From NCBI GenBank assembly GCA_024626585.2, contig JANKJI020000004.1:72713680-72745149 (forward strand): a stretch of 31,470 bases of DNA, written 5' to 3'. Origin of the DNA: Ginkgo biloba. Lineage: Eukaryota > Plantae > Ginkgophyta. The translations under genes and the position numbers were made by a program. Below the pieces are notes generated by a model that did not search any database, was not told where the DNA came from, and saw nothing but the letters and a program-made list of their open reading frames with translations. This document shows positions 24,184 through 31,470 of the stretch, one piece after another. Every line of letters begins with the position of its first letter. Position 1 is the stretch's first letter.

Positions 24184-25548
24184 ATGTTGTAGCTTTAGGA
24201 AAGGAAGAAGCAAGTTCCAAGGAGTAATGGTGACTTGTTTAAAACCTATATAGGGTAGAAAACCTCGCTAATGGCCTGGGTTTGTAGATGGGCATATTAT
24301 ATGCAATTTGATTATAACATGATGCTAAGTCATGAAAACATATCATTGCAAAAGCCTAAGAGGATTAAAAGATGGAAGTGGTGATGAAGGATATTGGTTA
24401 GACTNNNNNNNNNNNNNNNNNNNNNNNNNNNNNNNNNNNNNNNNNNNNNNNNNNNNNNNNNNNNNNNNNNNNNNNNNNNNNNNNNNNNNNNNNNNNNNNN
24501 NNNNATGTCCTAATCTATTCTAATATTATAATGTGACCATTATACATATATTCTAACATTTTGTCCACAAACTCAAATGTTACAATCACAAGTCCGTCTG
24601 AGAATTTCTACCATGCTGTAAAACTAATTCCATTCTTCTTGGGAATTGTCCATCTCACAAGGAAGTGTTGACAAATGTAATTGAATGCTAAAGCACAATA
24701 AGTTATTAGGTACTGATTGGCTTCTTATGAGAGAATAAAAATGACGAGAGATTTCCTTTATCAAGAAAAACTCGGAATCTAAGTATCCATACTCTAAGGA
24801 CATAAACACCACTATCAAACTTTTGCATCGAGAACTATATTTTCTTCCTGTTTTATGATTATTGTTTTTATTGTAATTGTAATTACATACCTACCTTCTA
24901 TGCAAACATCCATCATCAATTCATATGTTATGCAAATTGTAGTACTCTGAAAGGATTCGCTTGTCCTCCTAGCTTCGTTCTTCTGGACTCCATTCTAGTA
25001 GAAGCCCCAAGACTCTCAACAAAGGCACATCTTGTAATGATTTCTATCCTAACCATTTCCTTCACCTTTGAATTCCTTATACATCCTCTTTGGCTAGTCG
25101 TTGTCAGCAACAAAGAATTATGGAAAGATGAAGAAAGAATTGCAGGAGTCCTTGAAAGGTCTTAACCATCATAATGATGCCAAATTGTTGAAGATTGAAG
25201 TGTGCTCAATAAAACTTGCATGACAGACTCCAATGATACAAGATAAAGAGCATAAATTTTCATATGATCAAACTAAACATCAATAATAGATGGGTGGTAG
25301 CCTATGGGCAATGTCTAGGGCTACCCCTTTACAAACTTCTTTTAATGATAGGAATTTTCTTAATGATTTTCTGTGCCTTCAAACAAGGTATTAAATCATT
25401 TGAAGGAATTGGTCAGAACCATTCCACCCTTAATGACACCTATTCACTTAATTAATCATTATTACAACATTCCATTTTTTTTTTGATTGAATAACGATTG
25501 ATTACACTAAGTATTTGTTTTGGCTTGTAACTAGTGTTATAACAACTT

Positions 25549-25571
25549 GGACTAGGACTAGGACTAGGACT
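25549..25571. repeat. (GGACTA)n microsatellite, about 3.8 units
   Basis: ggactaggactaggactaggact. Confidence 0.85.
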
Positions 25572-26399
25572 GTGACATGTAGCCTGGACACTCTGTGCAG
25601 TGATCAATGTTTTCTGGCTGCGATCGACATTTTGGAAATTGTGGTCAGCATTGCAATCGACACGCCTATTATTACGTTTCCTAATAGCCATTGTTAATCT
25701 CCTTTAAAGTTGACTTCAAGCTATTACTTGTTGATTTGTCTGTCCTTTTGCCAAGGGGTAATTTATCAGGCATACATTATGTTTGATAAATAGGATGTAA
25801 TTATTATGCTGTGTGAGAGCTAACTAGGGATCATAGATTGTAAGTGAGAGATGTTGCTTAAGATTCCTTGTATCTATAATGAATTTATTAAATCTTTTTT
25901 GTCANNNNNNNNNNNNNNNNNNNNNNNNNNNNNNNNNNNNNNNNNNNNNNNNNNNNNNNNNNNNNNNNNNNNNNNNNNNNNNNNNNNNNNNNNNNNNNNN
26001 NNNNCATTATTTTAAGATTCTATTAGCATTGCTTCTCTTGTATTGGTTTATCAATTTTCTTCATCCAAATTTTAAAGCTTTGACATTCAAAAATCGGTTT
26101 CCTACTTTTAACAAGTTTGCAAATGGGCAACATCTTCGCCCCTTGCTAAAACCCAAAATCATCTCAAAACTTTTGCATTCCAATTTTGTTTTGTTTGCAA
26201 TTCAAAACTTTCACAATCTAATGATAAAGCATATTCTACAAAATAAGATTTTATTCCTCAATGAAAAACAAAATCAATATAGACTTTTTGATTCCATGCT
26301 ATTCGATTGTTTTGAAAGGAAATTTGACTATAAGCTCCATTTCCAATTTTTAGCAATCAAAGAAAATTTTTTAATTCGCACTTTGACTTTATGAACTCT

Positions 26400-27840
26400 A
26401 ATATTTTGCATGGAGGAAATTGTTGTTATATATTTTTTTAAAGCAAAAGCATTCTAGACTCTTGAAGCAAAAGCAAGAAGGGACATTGAGGATGTACGTC
26501 AATTTTACATTGCAAACTTGAGGCTAGAACTAAGAGCAGATGTCAGGAGGTTTTAGCCAAAAACCTTGGAGACAACAATTTTCTATTCACGAGAGGTGGA
26601 GGAAAGGCACTAGGGCTTTAAAAGAAGGTACCTTCCGAATCAAAGAAAGACCCTACATAACGAGCAAGGTGGACGAACAATAGAAGGAACACAAACCAGC
26701 CAGACCAATATTCCATGGGAAAACATACCAAAGGTCGAGGGAAGGTTATGCTACCATTGTAAGGAACCATGGACCTGTGAACACAAGTGCAACTAGAAGA
26801 AGCTATTCATGGCAGAAGCTCAAAGAAGGTATGACAACAAAATAGAAAGTGAAGAAGTAACCTCGAAGCTACAAGAAAAAGAAGGAACCCAAAATAATAA
26901 TGACAACAACAACATATTCAAAGAGTTAGAACGACTATCCATGATAGACATTGGAGAACCAGAGATTTCATTTGCGGCCATGATAGGGCATGGATGACTT
27001 GATACTTTCAAGATAAATGGCTTCATCAAGAAAAACAAACTCTTGGTGATGGTTGACCCCAGAAGTACCCTAAACATCCTTGATAAGGGGAAAACAAATG
27101 GTTAGGAATCTATGTGGACATAAGAGAGAAATTCCCAATAAGTGTACTAGGGAATATGTAGATCATGTGTATAGGAGTAGTACATGATGTGGAATTGATA
27201 TTAGGAGATTACACATTAAAATATTTATTCTATGTAACAGAAGTAGGTGGAGCAGATGTAGTATTGGGGCTTCAATGTATGAGAAAAATCATATCCAAGA
27301 CTTTATGGAATTAAAGAAAAATGATATAAGGTACAAAATCCATAGGGTAAAGGTAGCAAAATCTCAACAAAGAAAAGTAGATTTAAGTCCCACAAGAATA
27401 CTTGACATGATAATAAGACCAAAGATAATGAAACATGATAGATCATTCAAAGGGGAACTCAAAGGTGAAAATATCAATAAGATACAATCTCAACAAACCT
27501 TATGCACCCAAGTAAGGGATGAAAACACTAAAGATCCCCATCATAGTACAACGACCACCATAGAAGATAAAGAAAGGTACAAAAAAAACCAAAGGATATA
27601 GACATCCACACTTTCATGAAGTAAGATGGAGAGACTATACTTGAACAATGCAAAGGCAATGGTTTGACGTCATGAAGAGAGCAAGACTAAAGAACAATCT
27701 ATAAGATGGAAGAAGACTTCCGAAGATGAAAGTTGGCTAGACTTTAAATCAGAATCACTTATAATCTGATGCTTTGAGGACAAAGCTTCTTAAGAAGGGG
27801 AGGAATGTAATGACCCTAATGAATTATCTATGGTCCCAAG
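26400..27840 (+). mobile_element. Ty3/gypsy chromovirus-like element: gag and protease, then directly a chromodomain remnant, PPT and LTR start
   Basis: FYIANLRLELRADVRRF*PKTLETTI; GRLCYHCKEPWTCEHKC; TFKINGFIKKNKLLVMVDPRSTLNILD (resembles DSGST); GADVVLGLQ; IRWKKTSEDESW; PPT AAGAAGGGGAGGAA at 27792-27805 followed by TGTAATGAC. Confidence 0.8.
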
Positions 27841-27939
27841 TGGAAGACTTATAGTTGCATTAGTTTGTACAAGCCTTGGAGAACTACACTTTGAGAGCAA
27901 AGCATTTTAAGGGGGAATGGCATGTTGTGTCCCCAAACT

Positions 27940-28288
27940 AATATGGTGTGAGCCAAAGTGGGAGAAGTTGCATATGCACTATATCTTTGGAATAAAGGAA
28001 AAAGACACGATGTCTTCCACATATCATGCCTTAAGAAGAAGCTAGGGAAGAGAGTGATTCCATAGATAGAGATGCTAGAGTTAGACAAAGAAGGATGAAC
28101 AATATTTGACCCTGAAGGAATTTTGCATGTTTGAACAAAAGATCTTAAAAGCAAGCAAATAAAGGAGTAGAAGATAAAATGGAAGAACTTGCCTAATAAA
28201 GATGCCAATTGGGACCCAGAGTCGTTCGTTGAGTAGCATCCACAACTTCCTATGCTTTGAGGTCAAAGCATTTTGAGTCGAGTGGGCA
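27940..28288 (+). mobile_element. Ty3/gypsy integrase C-terminus with chromodomain (chromovirus), pseudogenised
   Basis: AKVGEVAYALYL...HDVFHISCLKKKLG...ELDKEG*TIFDPEGILHV*TKDLKSKQIKE*KIKWKNLPNKDANWDPESFVE*HPQL. Confidence 0.9.
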
Positions 28289-28645
28289 TGTTGTGTCCCA
28301 AGACACAATCTAGGCCTAAACCATGAGTTGGGGAGTAACATCTTAAAGCTAAGGGTTAAAAGAGCCTAAATATAACCCAAAATAGCACTAAAAGAGGGTT
28401 TATACCAACCGCCCAAGTTTAATTAGCTAAAAGGCTCTTTAAAACCAAAAAGTCACCCATTATCCAAGAGATACGACCTTAGAACTAGGCGCCTAGGTTT
28501 AAACTATAAAAGGGCTTCATTTCACCTATTTTCATCATCCATTCATCATCTTTTATCTATTTTTCTTCGTTTTAGAAGACTTTTCTACTTTGGGTAGCAG
28601 GTGCTCTCAATTTAGTGATTATTTGTAGGTGGTAGGTGCCTCACA
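28289..28645 (+). mobile_element. 3' LTR (about 357 bp) of the chromovirus element
   Basis: Starts TGTTG directly after the chromodomain and a purine-rich tract; TATAAAA at 28505-28511; ends ...GCCTCACA, after which the sequence looks like ordinary intron. No 5' LTR is available to confirm the boundary. Confidence 0.6.
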
Positions 28646-29151
28646 CCCTTATTTTCTCTCAAATATTATTCTGCAGTTTGACTATTTCTGACAATTTGAT
28701 ATTGTCATGCGACTGAATTATCATGGTTATCCGATATTTTCAAGTGTTATATGATTGGATATTGTTTCTTACTGTGGCACTCTACACTTTAAATCTGTGA
28801 ATTGTTAATTTCTCTATATTATTTAGTCGTTTCCCATTTGAGTCACTACATGTAAAGCTCTTTTTTGTTTTGTTTTTTAAAACTTTTATCCATCTGGGAC
28901 TTCCCATACCCTGTTGAACTGCATACTTGAGGGGTTAGATACTGCACAAAGTACATTTTTAATGCCACATTCATGCTTCAATGGATATAATTTGTGAAAA
29001 ACCACCCTTGCTTTCAGCTGGAATACACAAAACTTCATTCTTGTATGACCTCTTTATTTTAAATGTTACATGTTTTATATACATCGGACTTGCTTACAGT
29101 CTTAGTTGAATTCATTATGATTCTAATTTTTGTGGTTGTGGGCTGTCTTAG

Positions 29152-29235
29152 AATGTGATACTTGCGAAGGCAGCTTTGAGGCCAGGTGCTGGTAACATGG
29201 TTAATGCTATTCTCAGAAGTGTAGCTTCTTATAAG
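29152..29235 (+). CDS. rsmB: Internal exon of RsmB/Sun methyltransferase (end of NusB-like domain); too short for the ORF track
   Basis: ttag|AAT...AAG|gtttg, 84 nt, phase 0/0. Translates NVILAKAALRPGAGNMVNAILRSVASYK, matching the NusB-domain motif NV.LAK.ALRPGAGN.VN.ILR. Confidence 0.92.
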
Positions 29236-29395
29236 GTTTGTTTTGTTTGACTGAAAACTTTCCACCCCCACAAAAAAAAAAAAAAGGAAAAACTTGCGGA
29301 ATATCTAATATTGCAGATATTTCTTACGAATAAGCTGTCAAAATCTTGTTGGCTCTTATAAATGTTTTTCTTAATCTGTCAATAGGTTATTGCAG
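29236..29395 (+). other. Short 160-nt GT-AG intron
   Basis: GTTTG...TTGCAG between two in-frame exons; contains an A-tract at about 29272-29285. Confidence 0.9.
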
Positions 29396-29482
29396 GAAAA
29401 AGATACACTGCCCCTACCAAAAGTGGAAGGTGATGATCGTTCACAAGCACGTGCTCTTTCTGTAATATACTCACATCCAGTG
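29396..29482 (+). CDS. rsmB: Internal exon of RsmB/Sun methyltransferase (linker ending in the YSHP motif)
   Basis: tgcag|GAA...GTG|gtaagg, 87 nt, phase 0/0. Translates EKDTLPLPKVEGDDRSQARALSVIYSHPV, in frame with the previous exon across a 160-nt GT-AG intron. SHP(x)W is the canonical RsmB motif. Confidence 0.93.
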
Positions 29483-30018
29483 GTAAGGCCAAAGAGATTT
29501 TTGATTTGGTCTTTTGCACATCTTTGGCAAACCTTGGCCTTATTTCGAGTCTCACAAATCTGTATTGCATATATTTTTCTTTTATATAGATTGACTTTAA
29601 GCCATATTTATATGCATGTAGAAATGGCTGATCTATACTGCATATGATTAAAAGTCATGCCAATTCCTGTTGTCATAGTCTTGTTTTGAGAAGTTGCCTT
29701 GAAGCTGATGGTTCTTCATTGCACTTCTATGTGGTTTTTGTTTTTCATCAATGGTTAGAGATCCATCTGCTTTTCAGCCAGAAACAATGAAGAAATCAAT
29801 GAACTCTATATAGATAGGGGCAGATGTTTCTACTGATTACTTGCTTGTAGTAGGATAATGAGTGATTTCAGTGCCATGTAAATTATTTTTCTTACAAATT
29901 GTTTTGAAATGTTGCTTTNNNNNNNNNNNNNNNNNNNNNNNNNNNNNNNNNNNNNNNNNNNNNNNNNNNNNNNNNNNNNNNNNNNNNNNNNNNNNNNNNN
30001 NNNNNNNNNNNNNNNNNN

Positions 30019-30440
30019 CCAAATAAGTATATGAAGTAGTGACGTCCACATAATGCCCTCTAAAAGTAAAGTCTAGAGAGTGCAGTTCTTGCAATGTTGA
30101 AGACCATAACCTTAGTTTTATTGAGGTTGATCTCTAGCTTCTGTTTGTCACAAAAGAGAGCAAGAGAATCAAGTTGTCGCTGTAGCCCTTCTGGGGTGGA
30201 AGCTAATAAAACAATATTGTTAGCAAACAAGAGAATGGATATCAGAACATGATGTAAATGCAACCATCATTAGTATGTGTAGTGTCTCTACGATGCTGCT
30301 CCAGCTCGTCAATATAGGCCCCAAAGAGAGTTGGTGATAGAGGACACCCCTGTTTTACCTCAATAGTGTTGTGGATACCTTTGGAAATCCCCTGCGGGGT
30401 TCGGAAATGTCCTATCGTTGTCTCATATGATCTCATGACT
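30019..30440 (-). mobile_element. LINE reverse-transcriptase fragment (degenerate) in the intron after the third exon
   Basis: VKQGCPLSPTLFGAYIDELE, a frameshift, then ISILLFANNIVLLASTPEGLQRQLDSLALFCDKQKLEINLNKTKVMVFN; the FADD motif has mutated to FANN. Confidence 0.92.
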
Positions 30441-31470
30441 GTTGCAAGAATGCTCTAGCTCTGCAAGAATCCTATAGAGAAAATCCTTATAGTTCTAGCT
30501 CTTTGAAAAGTCATTTCCTATAATGGTTGAAAAACTCAACAACCTATAGTGGTGAAAATAATATTGATGTCTTCGCAATATCATATATCCATTGATGACG
30601 CCCATATACCACTTGAAGTGGCTATATGATTTTGAAGAATATCAATGCATAATATGACACTAACATATTATGACGATTACTATGCAATTGCTTGATATGC
30701 TGATAGTATGGCACCGACATTTCTTTAGCATAACATTGCAAGAATATAAATATCAATTGTATAGTCCTTCACGCATTCTTTTCTCATGCATAAACAACTT
30801 GGCATGATAATGTCATTAGTATTTGACTATCATAAATAAACAATCTTATCTTTGCATACAACATTGATATAATCCATATTTCAACCCAACTAGTTTTCGA
30901 GAAATCAATAAAATAAGCATCTTTTTGATAGTTTTTGAAGTAGATGTGACATATTCACAACTACTCAAATACAAAGCTTGATACAANNNNNNNNNNNNNN
31001 NNNNNNNNNNNNNNNNNNNNNNNNNNNNNNNNNAATTCCACCAGCTCACCTAGAAGGGAACTTTTGGAATTATATAATAGTACATCACATCACTCTCAAG
31101 GAGACTTTTTCCATTGGGTAAGAAACAATGTTGCACCCTCAAGATGACTTGCTTTATGTGTTTCAACACTGCCTCATCATCAAGGTGATTTTTATCCTTG
31201 TGTGTTCCAATATTGCCTCACCTTCAAGGGAATACTTCATGTGTCAATTTTTAGTATAATAGTGTGTAGACATACCCTTCATTTCTCAAGCTATTCTCTC
31301 ATAGCATAGTGGAACAACCAAGTGGAAGACACCAACTTGACTGTTATTCTTACTGCATCTATGCAAGGTAAGTAGAAGAAAGGCATCAAGCCTTTAAATG
31401 AAGGTACCTTCTGAGTTAAAAGACCTCTATACAACGAACAAGACAAAAGATCAACAAAAAGACAAGCCCA

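Larger units (their letters stand above)
11018..29151 (+). other. TE-filled intronic interval of the rsmB-like gene (probably 2-3 introns, with unseen exons)
   Basis: Begins GTATGT and ends TTAG; 18,134 nt as assembled, with many N-gaps and retroelement fragments. Confidence 0.7.

Noticed and set aside
29483-31470. Next expected RsmB exon (WMV.RW…)
   Set aside because: Not found; presumably beyond the window end or in a gap.

Overview
AT-rich eukaryotic DNA from a gapped draft assembly, most likely a large-genome land plant (the TE families look gymnosperm- or fern-like; this is inference). The only host gene I can support is on the + strand: three internal exons (10860-11017, 29152-29235, 29396-29482) of the plastid-type RsmB/Sun (NusB domain + NOL1/NOP2/Sun) rRNA m5C methyltransferase. 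About 18 kb of TE-filled intronic sequence separates the first two exons, and about 60 codons expected between them are not visible, probably because they lie in N-gaps. The rest is decayed retrotransposons: plant L1-type LINEs, a second LINE family (EN, RT and C-terminal CCHC), several Ty3/gypsy pieces including a chromovirus-like cluster with a 3' LTR, and a Ty1/copia fragment. I see no convincing novel biological system. The features most worth checking are structural: the giant intron with missing exons, three stacked PPT/LTR-start junctions, a tandem array of tRNA-iMet PBS-like units, and a CpG-rich array of CCGAC-N3-GTCGG palindromes.
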